A stretch of 64,000 nucleotides of DNA. Origin: Neoechinorhynchus agilis (taxonomy: Eukaryota > Animalia > Acanthocephala). Shown one piece after another: positions 34,501 to 49,500 of the stretch. The stretch is from assembly GCA_051530055.1 (NCBI GenBank), contig CM121342.1, positions 15,453,480 through 15,517,479 on the forward strand, read 5' to 3'. The notes beneath the pieces were generated by a model, which saw only the letters and a list, made by a program, of their open reading frames with translations, was not told the origin of the DNA and did not search any database. How positions within the stretch are numbered: the stretch's first letter is position 1; each line of letters opens with the position of its first letter. Position numbers and translations under genes: made by a program.

Positions 34501-37500
34501 CTGTAAGAAATGCACGTCGGAGATGCAACAAATGCGTAATGTCTCCCTCTGCAAGTGTCGAGATATTGTTGAAGAACAGCGCGTTACAGACACAACAAAA
34601 TTGTTACGTCTGCTTCCATAAATATTGCGATATCTCTGTACGAAAGTCGCGTCGGAGATACAATAACTGCGTTACATCTGCTTCTATAATTATCAAGATA
34701 TTGCTGTAAGAAATGCGCGTCGGAGATGCAACAAATGCGTAATGTCTTCCTCTGCAAGTGTCGAGATATTGTTGAAGAACAGCGCGTTAGAGACACAACA
34801 AAATTGTTACGTCTGCCTCCATAAATATTGAGATATCTCTTTACGAAATGCGCATCGGAGATACAAGAACTGCGTTACATCTGCTTCTATAATTATCAAG
34901 ATATTGCTGTAAGAAATGCGCGTCGAAGATGCAACAAATGCGTAATGTCTTCCTCTGCAAGTGTCGAGATATTGTTGAAGAACAGCGCGTTAGAGACACA
35001 ACAAAATTGTTACGTCTGCTTCCATAAATATTGAGATATCTCTGTACGAAATGCGCGTCGGAGTTGCAAGAACTGCGTTACATCTGTCTCTAAAATTATC
35101 AAGATATTGCTGTGAGAAATGCGCGCCGGAGATGCAACAACTGCGTGATGTCTGCCTCTGCAAGTGTCGAGATATTGTTAAAGAACAGCGCGTTAGAGAC
35201 AAAACAAAATTGTTACGTCTGCTTCCATAAATATTGAGATATCTCTGTACGAAGTGCGCGTCGGAGATACAAGAACTGCGTTACATCTGCTTCTATAATT
35301 ATCAAGATATTGCTGTTGGAAATGCGCTTCGGAGATGAAACGAAAGCGTAATGTCTTCCTCTGCAAGTGTCGAGATATTGTGAAAGAGCAGCGCGTTAGA
35401 GACACAAAAAAATTGTTACGTCTGCTTCCATAAATTCTGAGATATCTCTGTACGAAATACGCGTCGACGATACAAGAACTACGTTACATCTGTCTCTATA
35501 ATTAACAAGATATTGTTGTTAGAAATGCGCGTCGGAGATGAAACAACTGCGTGATGTCTACCTCTGCAAGTGTCGAGATATTGTCGAAATACAGCTCGTT
35601 AGAGACACAACAAAATTGTTACGTCTGCTTCCATAAATATTGCGATATCTCTGTACGAAATGCGCGTCGGAGAAACAAGAACTGCGTTACATCTGCTTCT
35701 ATAATTATCAAGATATTGTTGTTGGAAATGCGCTTCGGAGATGAAACGAAAGCGTAATGTCTTCCTCTGCAAGTGTCGAGATATTGTTGAAGAACAGCGC
35801 GTTAGAGACACAACAAAATTGTTACGTCTGCTTCCATAAATATTGAGATATCTCTTTACGAAATGCGCGCCGGAGATACAAGAACTGCGTTACATCTGTC
35901 TCTATAATTATCAAGATATTGCTGTAAGAAATGCGCGTCGGAGAGGCAACAACTGCGTGATGTCTGCCTCTGCAAGTGTCGATATATTGCTAAAGAACAG
36001 CGCGTTAGAGACACAACAAAATTGTTACGTCTGCTTCCATAAATATTGCGATATCTCTGTACGAAATGCGCGTCGGAGATACAAGAACTGCGTTACATCT
36101 GTCTCTATAATTATCAAGATATTGCTGTAAGAAATGCACGTCGGAGATGCAACAAATGCGTAATGTCTCCTTCTGCAAGTGTCGAGATATTGTCGTAGAA
36201 CAGCGCGTTAGAGACACAACAAAAATGTTACGTCTGCTTCCAAAAATATTGCGATATCTCTGTACGAAATGCGCGTCGGAGATACAAGAACTGCGTTACA
36301 TCTGCTTCTATAATTATCAAGATATTGCTGTTGGAAATGCGCTTCGGAGATGAAACGAAAGCGTAATGTCTTCCTCTGCAAGTGTCGAGATATTGTGAAA
36401 GAGCAGCGCGTAAAAGACACAAAAAAATTGTTACGTCTGCTTCCATAAATTCTGTGATATCTCTGTACGAAATACGCGTCGGAGATACAAGAACTACGTT
36501 ACATCTGTCTCTATAATTAACAATGTATTGTTGTTAGAAATGCGCGTCGGAGATGAAACAACTGCGTGATGTCTACCTCTGCAAGTGTCGAGATATTGTC
36601 GAAGAACAGCTCGTTAGAGACACAACAAAATTGTTACGTCTGCTTCCATAAATATTGCGATATCTCTGTACGAAATGCGCGTCGGAGATACAAGAACTGC
36701 GTTACATCTGCTTCTATAATTATCAAGATATTGCTGTTGGAAATGCGCTTCGGAGATGAAACGAAAGCGTAATGTCTTCCTCTGCAAGTGTCGAGATATT
36801 GTTGAAGAACAGCGCGTTAGAGACAAAACAAAATTGTTACGTCTGCTTCCATAAATATTGAGATATCTCTTTACGAAATGCGCGCCGGAGATACAAGAAC
36901 TGCGTTAAATCTGTATCTTTAATTATCAAGATATTGCTGTAAGAAATGCGCTTCGGAGAGGCAACAACTGCGTGATGTCTGCCTCTGCAAGTGTCGATAT
37001 ATTGCTAAAGAACAGCGCGTTAGAGACACAACAAAATTGTTACGTCTGCTTCCATAAATATTGCGATATCTCTGTACGAAATGCGCGTCGGAGATACAAG
37101 AACTGCGTTACATCTGTCTATAATTATCAAGATATTGCTGTAAGAAATGCGCGTCGCAGATGCAACAAATGCGTGATGTCTACCTCTGCAAGTGTCGAGA
37201 TATTGTCAAAGAACAGCGCGCCAGAGACACAACAAAATTGTTACGTCTGCTTCCATAAATATTGCGATATCTCTGTACGAAATGCGCGTCGGAGATGCAA
37301 GAACTGCGTTACATCTGCTTCTATAATTATCAAGATATTGCTGTAAGAAATGCGCGTCGGAGATGCAACAAATGCGAAATGTCTTCCTCTGCAAGTGTCG
37401 AGATATTGTTGAAGAACAGCGCGTTAGAGACACAACAAAATTGTTACGTCTGCTTCCATAAATATTGCGATATCTCTGTACGAAATGCGCGTCGGAGATA

Positions 37501-40500
37501 CAAGAACTGCGTTACATCTGCTTCTATAATTATCAAGATATTGCTGTAAGAAATGCGCGTCGGAGATGCAACAAATGCGTAATGTCTTCCTCTGCCAGTG
37601 TCGAGATATTGTTGAAGAACAGCGCGTTAGAGACATAACAAAATTGTTACGTCTGCTTCCATAAATATTGAGATATCTCTGTACGAAATGCGCGTCGGAG
37701 ATACAATAACTGCGTTACATCTGCTTCTATTATTATCAAGATATTGCTGTAAGAAATGCACGTCGGAGATGCAACAAATGCGTAATGTCTCCCTCTGCAA
37801 GTGTCGAGATATTGTTGAAGAACAGCGCGTTACAGACACAACAAAATTGTTACGTCTGCTTCCATAAATATTGCGATATCTCTGTACGAAAGTCGCGTCG
37901 GAGATACAATAACTGCGTTACATCTGCTTCTATAATTATCAAGATATTGCTGTAAGAAATGCGCGTCGGAGATGCAACAAATGCGTAATGTCTTCCACTG
38001 CAAGTGTCGAGATATTGTTGAAGAACAGCGCGTTAGAGACACAACAAAATTGTTACGTCTGCTTCCATAAATATTGAGATATCTCTTTACGAAATGCGCG
38101 TCGGAGATACAAGAACTGCGTTACATCTGCTTCTATAATTATCAAGATATTGCTGTAAGAAATGCGCGTCGGAGATGCAACAAATGCGTAATGTCTTCCT
38201 CTGCAAGTGTCGAGATATTGTCGAAGAACAGCGCGTTAGAGACACAACAAAATTGTTACGTCTGCTTCCATAAATATTGAGATATCTCTGTACGAAATGC
38301 GCGTCGGAGATACAAGAACTGCGTTACATCTGTCTCTAAAATTATCAAGATATTGCTGTAAGAAATGCGCGTCGGAGATGCAACAACTGCGTGATGTCTG
38401 CCTCTGCAAGTGTCGAGATATTGTTAAAGAACAGCGCGTAAGAGACAAAACAAAATTGTTACGTCTGCTTCCATAAATATTGAGATATCTCTGTACGAAA
38501 TGCGCGTCGGAGATACAAGAACTGCGTTACATCTGTCTCTATAATTATCAAGATATTGCTGTAAGAAATGCGCGTCGGAGATGCAACAAATGCGTGATGT
38601 CTACCTCTGCAAGTGTCGAGATATTGTCGTAGAACAGCGCGTTAGAGACACAACAAAAATGTTACGTCTGCTTCCAAAAATATTGCGATATCTCTGTACG
38701 AAATGCGCGTCGGAGATACAAGAACTGCGTTACATCTGCTTCTATAATTATCAAGATATTGCTGTTGGAAATGCGCTTCGGAGATAAACGAAAGCGTAAT
38801 GTCTTCCTCTGCAAGTGTCGAGATATTGTGAAAGAGCAGCGCGTTAGAGACACAAAAAAATTGTTACGTCTGCTTCCATAAATTCTGTGATATCTCTGTA
38901 CGAAATACGCGTCGGAGATACAAGAACTACGTTACATCTGTCTCTATAATTAACAAGATATTGTTGTTAGAAATGCGCGTCGGAGATGAAACAACTGCGT
39001 GATGTCTACCTCTGCAAGTGTCGAGATATTGTCGAAGAACAGCTCGTTAGAGACACAACAAAATTGTTACGTCTGCTTCCATAAATATTGCGATATCTCT
39101 GTACGAAATGCGCGTCGGAGATACAAGAACTGCGTTACATCTGCTTCTATAATTATCAAGATATTGCTGTTGGAAATGCGCTTCGGAGATGAAACGAAAG
39201 CGTAATGTCTTCCTCTGCAAGTGTCGAGATATTGTTGAAGAACAGCGCGTTAGAGACACAACAAAATTGTTACGTCTGCTTCCATAAATATTGAGATATC
39301 TCTTTACGAAATGCGCGCCGGAGATACAAGAACTGCGTTACATCTGTCTCTATAATTATCAAGATATTGCTGTAAGAAATGCGCGTCGGAGATGCAACAA
39401 CTGCGTGATGTCTGCCTCTGCAAGTGTCGATATATTGCTAAAGAACAGCGCGTTAGAGACACAACAAAATTGTTACGTCTGCTTCCATAAATATTGCGAT
39501 ATCTCTGTACGAAATGCGCGTCGGAGATACAAGAACTGCGTTACATCTGTCTCTATAATTATCAAGATATTGCTGTAAGAAATGCGCGTCGGAGATGCAA
39601 CAAATGCGTGATGTCTACCTCTGCAAGTGTCGAGATATTGTCGAAGAACAGCGCGTTAGAGACACAACAAAATTGTTACGTCTGCTTCCATAAATATTGC
39701 GATATCTCTGTACGAAATGCGCGTCGGAGATACAAGAACTGCGTTACATCTGCTTCTATAATTATCAAGATATTGCTGTTGGAAATGCGCTTCGGAGATG
39801 AAACAAAAGCGTAATGTCTTCCTCTGCAAGTGTCGAGATATTGTTGAAGAACAGCGCGTTAGAGACACAACAAAATTGTTACGTCTGCTTCCATAAATAT
39901 TGAGATATCTCTTTACGAAATGCGCGCCGGAGATACAAGAACTGCGTTACATCTGTCTCTATAATTATCAAGATATTGCTGTAAGAAATGCGCGTCGGAG
40001 AGGCAACAACTGCGTGATGTCTGCCTCTGCAAGTGTCGATATATTGCTAAAGAACAGCGCGTTAGAGACACAACAAAATTGTTACGTCTGCTTCCATAAA
40101 TATTGCGATATCTCTGTACGAAATGCGCGTCGGAGATACAAGAACTGCGTTACATCTGTCTCTATAATTATCAAGATATTGCTGTAAGAAATGCGCGTCG
40201 GAGATGCAACAAATGCGTGATGTCTACCTCTGCAAGTGTCGAGATATTGTCAAAGAACAGCGCGCCAGAGACACAACAAAATTGTTACGTCTGCTTCCAT
40301 AAATATTGCGATATCTCTGTACGAAATGCGCGTCGGAAATGCAAGAACTGCGTTACATCTGCTTCTATAATTATCAAGATATTGCTGTAAGAAATGCGCG
40401 TCGGAGATGCAACAAATGCGAAATGTCTTCCTCTGCAAGTGTCGAGATATTGTTGAAGAACAGCGCGTTAGAGACACAACAAAATTGTTACGTCTGCTTC

Positions 40501-43500
40501 CATAAATATTGCGATATCTCTGTACGAAATGCGCGTCGGAGATACAAGAACTGCGTTACATCTGCTTCTATAATTATCAAGATATTGCTGTAAGAAATGC
40601 GCGTCGGAGATGCAACAAATGCGTAATGTCTTCCTCTGCCAGTGTCGAGATATTGTTGAAGAACAGCGCGTTAGAGACAACAAAATTGTTACGTCTTCTT
40701 CCATAAATATTGAGATATCTCTGTACGAAATGCGCGTCGGAGATACAAGAACTGCGTTACATCTATCTCTCTAATTATCAGGATATTGTTGTAAGAAATG
40801 CGCGTCGGTGATGCAACAAATGCGTGATGTCTACCTCTGCAAGTGTCGAGATATTGTCGAAGAACAGCGCGTTAGAGACACAACAAAATTGTTACGTCTG
40901 CTTCCATAAATATTGCGATATCTCTGTACGAAATGCGCGTCGGAGATACAAGAACTGCGTTACATCTGCTTCTATAATTATCAAGATATTGCTGTAAGAA
41001 ATGCGCGTCGGAGATGCAACAAATGCGTAATGTCTTCCTCTGCAAGTGTCGAGATATTGATCAAGAACAGCGCGTTAGAGACACAACAAAATTGTTACGT
41101 CTGCTTCCATAAATATTGAGATATCTCTGTACAAAATGCGCGTCGGAGATACAAGAACTGCTTAACATCTGCCTCAATAATTATAAAGATATTGCTGTAA
41201 GAAATGCGCGTCGGAGATGCAACAAATGCGTGATGTCTGCGTCTGCAAGTGTCGAGATATTGTTGAAGAACAGCGCGTTAGAGACACAACAAAATTGTTA
41301 CGTCTGCTTCCATAAATATTGAGATATCTCTTTACGAAATGCGCGTCGGAGATACAAGAACTGCGTTACATCTGTCTCTATAATTATCAAGATATTGCTG
41401 TAAGAAATGCGCGTCGGAGAGGCAACAACTGCGTGATGTCTTCCTCTGCAAGTGTCGATATATTGCTAAAGAACAGCGCGTTAGAGACACAACAAAATTG
41501 TTACGTCTTCTTCCATAAATATTGCGATATCTCTGTACGAAATGCGCGTCGGAGATACAAGAACTGCGTTACATCTGTCTCTATAATTATCAAGATATTG
41601 CTGTAAGAAATGCGCGTCGCAGATGCAACAAATGCGTGATGTCTACCTCTGCAAGTGTCGAGATATTGTCAAAGAACGGCGCGCCAGAGACACAACAAAA
41701 TTGTTACGTCTGCTTCCATAAATATTGCGATATCTCTGTACGAAATGCGCGTCGGAGATGCAAGAACTGCGTTACATCTGCTTCTATAATTATCAAGATA
41801 TTGCTGTAAGAAATGCGCGTCGGAGATGCAACAAATGCGAAATGTCTTCCTCTGCAAGTGTCGAGATATTGTTGAAGAACAGCGCGTTAGAGACACAACA
41901 AAATTGTTACGTCTGCTTCCATAAATATTGAGATATCTCTGTAAGAAATGCGCGTCGGAGATATAAGAACTGCGTTACATCTGTCTCTATAATTATCAAG
42001 ATATTACTGTAAGAAATGCGCGTCGGAAATGCAACAACTGCGTTATGTCTTCCTCTGCAAGTGTCGAGATATTGTTGAAGAACAGCGCGTTAGAGACACA
42101 ACAAAATTGTTACGTCTGCTTCCAGAAATATTGAGATATCTCTGTACGAAATGCGCGTCGGGGATACAAGAACTTCGTTACATCTGTCTCTATAATTATC
42201 AAGATATTGCTGTAAGAAATGCGCGTCGGAGATGCACGAATTGCGTGATGTCTGCTTCTGCAAGTGTCGAGATATTGTTGAAGAACAGCGCGTTAGAGAC
42301 ACAACAAAATTGGAACGTCCGCTTCCATAAATATTGAGATATCTCTGTACGAAATGCGCGTCGGATATGCAACAACTGCGTGATGTCTGCCTCTGCAAGT
42401 GTCGAGATATATGGTCGAAGAACAGCGCTTTAGAGACACAACAAAATTGTTACGTCTGCTTCCATTAATATTGAGATATCTCCGTAAGAAATGCGCGTCG
42501 GAGATGCAAGAACTGCCTTACATCTGTCTCTATAATTATCAAGATATTGCTGTAAGAAATGCGCGTCGGAGATGCAACAAATGCGTGATGTCTGCCTCTG
42601 CAAGTGTCGAGATATTGTCGAAGAACAGCGCGTTAGAGACACAACAAAATTGTTACGTCTGCTTCCATAAATATTGCGATATCTCTGTACGAAATGCGCG
42701 TCGGAGATACAATAACTGCGTTACATCTGCTTCTATTATTATCAAGATATTGCTGTAAGAAATGCGCGTCGGAGATGCAACAAATGCGTAATGTCTTCCT
42801 CTGCAAGTGTCGAGATATTGTTGAAGAACAGCGCGTTAGAGACACAACAAAATTGTTACGTCTGCTTCCATAAATATTGAGATATCTCTGTACGAAATGC
42901 GCGTCGGAGATACAAGAACTGCGTTACATCTGTCTCTATAATTATCAAGATATTGCTGTAAGAAATGCGCGTCGGAGATGCAACAACTGCGTAATGTCTT
43001 CCTCTGCAAGTGTCGAGATATTGTTGAAGAACAGCGCGTTAGAGACACAACAAAATTGTTACGTCTGCTTCCATAAATATTGAGATATCTCTGTACGAAA
43101 TGCGCGTCGGAGATACAAGAACTGCGTTACATCTGTCTCTATAATTATCAAGATATTGCTGTAAGAAATGCGCGTCGGAGATGCAACAACTGCGTGATGT
43201 CTGCCTCTGCAAGTGTCGAGATATTGTTGAAGAACAGCGCGTTAGAGACACAACAAAATTGTTACGTCTGCTTCCATAAATATTGAGATATCTCTGTACG
43301 AAATGCGCGTCGGAGATACAAGAACTGCGTTACATCTGTCTCTATAATTATCAGGATATTGCTGTAAGAAATGCGCGTCGGAGATGCAACAAATGCGTGA
43401 TGTCTACCTCTGCAAGTGTCGAGATATTGTCGAAGAACAGCGCGTTAGAGACACAACAAAATTGTTACGTCTGCTTCCATAAATATTGAGATATCTCTGT

Positions 43501-46500
43501 ACGAAATGCGCGTCGGAGATACAAGAACTGCTTTACATCTGCCTCTATAATTATCAAGATATTGCTGTAAGAAATGCGCGTCGGAGATGCAACAAATGCG
43601 TGATGTCTTCCTCTGCAAGTGTCGAGATATTGTTGAAGAACAGCGCGTTAGAGACACAACAAAATTGTTACGTCTGCTTCCATAAATATTGAGATATCTC
43701 TGTACGAAATGCGCGTCGGAGATACAAGAACTGCGTTACATCTGCCTCTATAATTATCAAGATATTGCTGTAAGAAATGCGCGTCGGAGATGCAACAAAT
43801 GCGTAATGTCTTCCTCTGCAAGTGTCGAGATATTGTTGAAGAACAGCGCGTTAGAGACACAACAAAATTGTTACGTCTGCTTCCATAAATATTGAGATAT
43901 CTCTGTACGAAATGCGCGTCGGAGATACAAGAACTGCGTTACATCTGTCTCTATAATTATCAAGATATTGCTGTAAGAAATGCGCGTCGGAGATGCAACA
44001 ACTGCGTGATGTCTACCTCTGCAAGTGTCGAGATATTGTTGAAGAACAGCGCGTTAGAGACACAACAAAATTGTTACGTCTGCTTCCATAAATATTGAGA
44101 TATCTCTGTAAGAAATGCGCGTCGGAGATATAAGAACTGCGTTACATCTGTCTCTATAATTATCAAGATATTACTGTAAGAAATGCGCGTCGGAAATGCA
44201 ACAACTGCGTTATGTCTTCCTCTGCAAGTGTCGAGATATTGTTGAAGAACAGCGCGTTAGAGACACAACAAAATTGTTACGTCTGCTTCCAGAAATATTG
44301 AGATATCTCTGTACGAAATGCGCGTCGGGGATACAAGAACTGCGTTACATCTGTCTCTATAATTATCAAGATATTGCTGTAAGAAATGCGCGTCGGAGAT
44401 GCACGAATTGCGTTATGTCTGCTTCTGCAAGTGTCGAGATATTGTTGAAGAACAGCGCGTTAGAGACACAACAAAATTGGAACGTCCGCTTCCATAAATA
44501 TTGAGATATCTCTGTACGAAATGCGCGTCGGATATGCAACAACTGCGTGATGTCTGCCTCTGCAAGTGTCGAGATATATGGTCGAAGAACAGCGCTTTAG
44601 AGACACAAAAAATTGTTACGTCTGCTTCCATAAATATTGAGATATCTCTGTACGAAATGCGCGTCGGAGATACAAGAACTGCGCTACATCTGTCTCTATA
44701 ATTATCAGGATATTGCTGTAAGAAATGCGCGTCGGAGATGCAACAAATGCGTGATGTCTACCTCTGCAAGTGTCGAGATATTGTCGAAGAACAGCGCGTT
44801 AGAGACACAACAAAATTGTTACGTCTGCTTCCATAAATATTGCGATATCTCTGTACGAAATGCGCGTCGGAGATACAAGAACTGCGTTACATCTGCTTCT
44901 ATAATTATCAAGATATTGATCTATGAAATGCGCGTCGGAGATGCAACAAATGCGTAATGTCTTCCTCTGCAAGTGTCGAGATATATGGTCGAAGAACAGC
45001 GCTTTAGAGACACAACAAAATTGTTACGTCTGCTTCCATAAATATTGAGATATCTCTGTACGAAATGCGCGTCGGAGATACAAGAACTGCTTTACATCTG
45101 CCTCTATAATTATCAAGATATTGCTGTAAGAAATGCGCGTCGGAGATGCAACAAATGCGTGATGTCTGCCTCTGCAAGTGTCGAGATATTGTTGAAGAAC
45201 AGCGCGTTAGAGACACAACAAAATTGTTACGTCTGCTTCCATAAATATTTAGATATCTCTGTACGAAATGCGCGTCGGAGATAAGAGAACTGCGTTACAT
45301 CTGCTTCTATTATTATCAAGATATTGCTGTAAGAAATGCGCGTCGGAGATGTAACAAATGCGTAATGTCTTCCTCTGCCAGTGTCGAGATATTGTTGAAG
45401 AACAGCGCGTTAGAGACAAAACAAAATTGTTACGTCTGCTTCCATAAATATTGAGATATCTCTGTACGAAATGCGCGTCGGAGATACAAGAACTGCTTTA
45501 CATCTGCCTCTATAATTATCAAGATATTGCTGTAAGAAATGCGCGTCGGAGATGCAACAAATGCGTAATGTCTTCCTCTGCAAGTGTCGAGATATTGTTG
45601 AAGAACAGCGCGTTAGAGACACAACAAAATTGTTACGTCTGCTTCCAGAAATATTGAGATATCTCTGTACGAAATGCGCGTCGGGGATACAAGAACTGCG
45701 TTACATCTATCTCTATAATTATCAGGATATTGCTGTAAGAAATGCGCGTCGGAGATGCAACAAATGCGTGATGTCTACCTCTGCAAGTGTCGAGATATTG
45801 TCGAAGAACAGCGCGTTAGAGACACAACAAAATTGTTACGTCTGCTACCATAAATATTGCGATATCTCTGTACGAAATGCGCGTCGGAGATACAAGAACT
45901 GCGTTACATCTGCTTCTATAATTATCAAGATATTGCTGTATGAAATGCGCGTCGGAGATGCAACAAATGCGTAATGTCTTCCTCTGCAAGTTTCGAGATA
46001 TTGATCAAGAACAGCGCGTTAGAGACACAACAAAATTGTTACGTCTGCTTCCATAAATATTGAGATATCTCTGTACGAAATGCGCGTCGGAGATACAAGA
46101 ACTGCTTTACAGCTGCCTCTATAATTATCAAGATATTGCTGTAAGAAATGCGCGTCGGAGATGCAACAAATGCGTGATGTCTGCCTCTGCAAGTGTCGAG
46201 ATATTGTTGAAGAACAGCGCGTTAGAGACACAACAAAATTGTTACGTCTGCTTCCAGAAATATTGAGATATCTCTGTACGAAATGCGCGTCGAAGATAAG
46301 AGAACTGCGTTACATCTGTCTCTATAATTATCAAGATATTGCTGTAAGAAATGCGCGTCGGAGATGCAACAAATGCGTGATGTCTACCACTGCAAGTGTC
46401 GCGATATTGTCGAAGAACAGCGCGTTAGAGACACAACAAAATTGTAACGTCTGCTTCCATAAATATTGCGATATCTCTGTACGAAATGCGCGTCGGAGAT

Positions 46501-49500
46501 ACAATAACTGCGTTACATCTGCTTCTATTATTATCAAGATATTGCTGTAAGAAATGCGCGTCGGAGATGAAACAACTGCGTGATGTCTACCTCTGCAAGT
46601 GTCGAGATATTGTCGAAGAATAGCTCGTTAGAGACACAACAAAATTGTTACGTCTGCTTCCATAAATATTGCGATATCTCTGTACGAAATGCTCGTCGGA
46701 GATACAAGAACTGCGTTACATCTGCTTCTAATATTATAGAAATATTGCTGTTAGAAATGCGCTTCGGAGATGAAACCAAAGCGTAATGTCTTCCTCTGCA
46801 AGTGTCGAGATATTGTTGAAGAACAGCGCGTTAGAGACAAAACAAAATTGTTACGTCTGCTTCCATAAATATTGAGATATCTCTGTACGAAGTGCGCGTC
46901 GGAGATATAAGAACTGCGTTACATCTGTCTCTATAATTATCAAGATATTGTTGTAAGAAATGCGCGTCGGAGATGCAACTAATGCGTGATGTCTACCGCT
47001 GCAAGACTCGAGATATTGTCGAAGAACAGCGCGTTAGAGACACAACAAAATTGTTACGTCTGCTTCCATAAATATTGCGACATCTCCGTACGAAATGCGC
47101 GTCGGAGATACAAGAACTGCGTTACATCTGCTTCTATTATTATCAAGATATTGCTGTAAGAAATGCGCGTCGGAGATGCAACAAATGCGTAATGTCTTCC
47201 TCTGCAAGTGTCGAGATATTGTTGAAGAACAGCGCGTTAGAGACACAACAAAATTGTTACGTCTGCTTCCATAAATGTTGAGATATCTCTGTACGAAATG
47301 CGCGTCGGAGATACAAGAACTGCGTTAAATCTGTCTCTATAATTATCAAGATATTGCTGTAAGAAATGCGCGTCGGAGATGCAACAAATGCGTGATGTCT
47401 ACCTCTGCAAGTGTCGAGATATTGTCGAAGAACAGCGCGTTAGAGACACAACAAAATTGTTACGTCTGCTTCCATAAATATTGAGATATCTCTGTACGAA
47501 ATGCGCGTCGGAGGTACAAGAACTGCGTTACATCTGTCTCTTTAATTATCAAGATATTGCTGTAAGAAATGCGCGTCGGAGATGCAACAAATGCGTGATG
47601 TCTGCCTCTGCAAGTGTCGAGATAATGTTAAAGAACAGCGCGTTAGAGACACAAAAAAATTGTTACGTCTGCTTCCATAAATTCTGAGATATCTCTGTAC
47701 GAAATGCGCGTCGGAGATACAAGAACTACGTTACATCTGTCTCTATAATTAACAAGATATTGCTGTAAGAAATGCGCGTCGGAGATGAAACAACTGCGTG
47801 ATGTCTACCTCTGCAAGTGTCGAGATATTGTCGAAGAACAGCTCGTTAGAGACACAAACAAATTGTTACGTCTGCTTCCATAAATTCTGAGATATCTCTG
47901 TACGAAATGCGCGTCGGAGATACAAGAACTACGTTACATCTGTCTCTATAATTAACAAGATATTGCGGTAAGAAATGCGCGTCGGAGATGCAACAAATGC
48001 GTGATGTCTTCCTCTGCAAGTGTCGAGATATTGTCGAAGAACAGCGCGTTAGAGACACAACAAAATTGTTACGTCTGCTTCCATAAATATTGCGATATCT
48101 CTGTACGAAATGCGCGTCGGAGATACAAGAACTGCGTTACATCTGCTTCTATAATTATCAAGATATTGCTGTAAGAAATTCGCGTCGGAATGCAACAAAT
48201 GCGTAATGTCTTCCTCTGCAAGTGTCGAGATATTGTTGAAGAACAGCGCGTTAGAGACACAAAATTGTTACGTCTGCTTCCATAAATATTGAGATATCTC
48301 TTTACGAAATGCGCGTCCGAGATACAAAAACTGCGTTACATCTGTCTCTATAATTATATAGATATTGCTGTAAGAAATGCGCGTCGGAGAGGCAACAACT
48401 GCGTGATGTCTGCCTCTGCAAGTGTCGATATATTGCTAAAGAACAGCGCGTTAGAGACACAAAATAGTTACGTCTGCTTCCATAAATATTGAGATATCTC
48501 TTTACGAAATGCGCGTCGGAGATACAAGAACTGCGTTACATCTGTCTCTATAATTATCAAGATATTGCTGTAAGAAATGCGCGTCGGAATGCAACAAATG
48601 CGTAATGTCCTCCTCTGCAAGTGTCGAGATAATGTTAAAGAACAGCGCGTTAGAGACACAACAAAATTGTTACGTCTGCTTCCATAGATTCTGAGATATC
48701 TCTGTACGAAATGCGCGTCGGAGATACAAGAACTACGTTACATCTGTCTCTATAATTAACAAGATATTGGTGTAAGAAATGCGCGTCGGAGATGAAACAA
48801 CTGCGTGATGTCTACCTCTGCAAGTGTCGAGATATTGTCGAAGAACAGCTCGTTAGAGACACAACAAAATTGTTACGTCTGCTTCCGTAAATATTGCGAT
48901 ATCTCTGTACGAAATGCTCGTCGGAGATACAAGAACTGTGTTACATCTGCTTCTATAATTATCAAGATATTGCTGTTAGAAATGCGCTTCGGAGATGAAA
49001 CCAAAGCGTAATGTCTTCCTCTGCAAGTGTCGAGATATTGTTTAAGAACAGCGCGTTAGAGACACAACAAAATTGTTACGTCTTCTTCCATAAATATTGA
49101 GATATCTCTGTACGAAATGCGCGTCGGAGGTACAAGAACTGCGTTACATCCGTCTCTATAATTATCAAGATATTGCGGTAAGAAATGCGCGTCGGAGATG
49201 CAACAAATGCGTGATAATCTACCTCTGCAAGTGTCGAGATATTGTCGAAGAACAGCGCGTTAGAGACACAACAAAATTGTTACGTCTGCTTCCATAAATA
49301 TTGCGATATCTCTGTACGAAATGCGCGTCGGAGATACAAGAACTGCGTTACATCTGCTTCTATAATTATCAAGATATTGCTGTAAGAAATTCGCGTCGAT
49401 GCAACAAATGCGTAATGTCTCCTCTGCAAGTGTCGAGATATTGTTAAGAACAGCGCGTTAGAGACACAAAATTGTTACGTCTGCTTCCATAAATTGAGAT

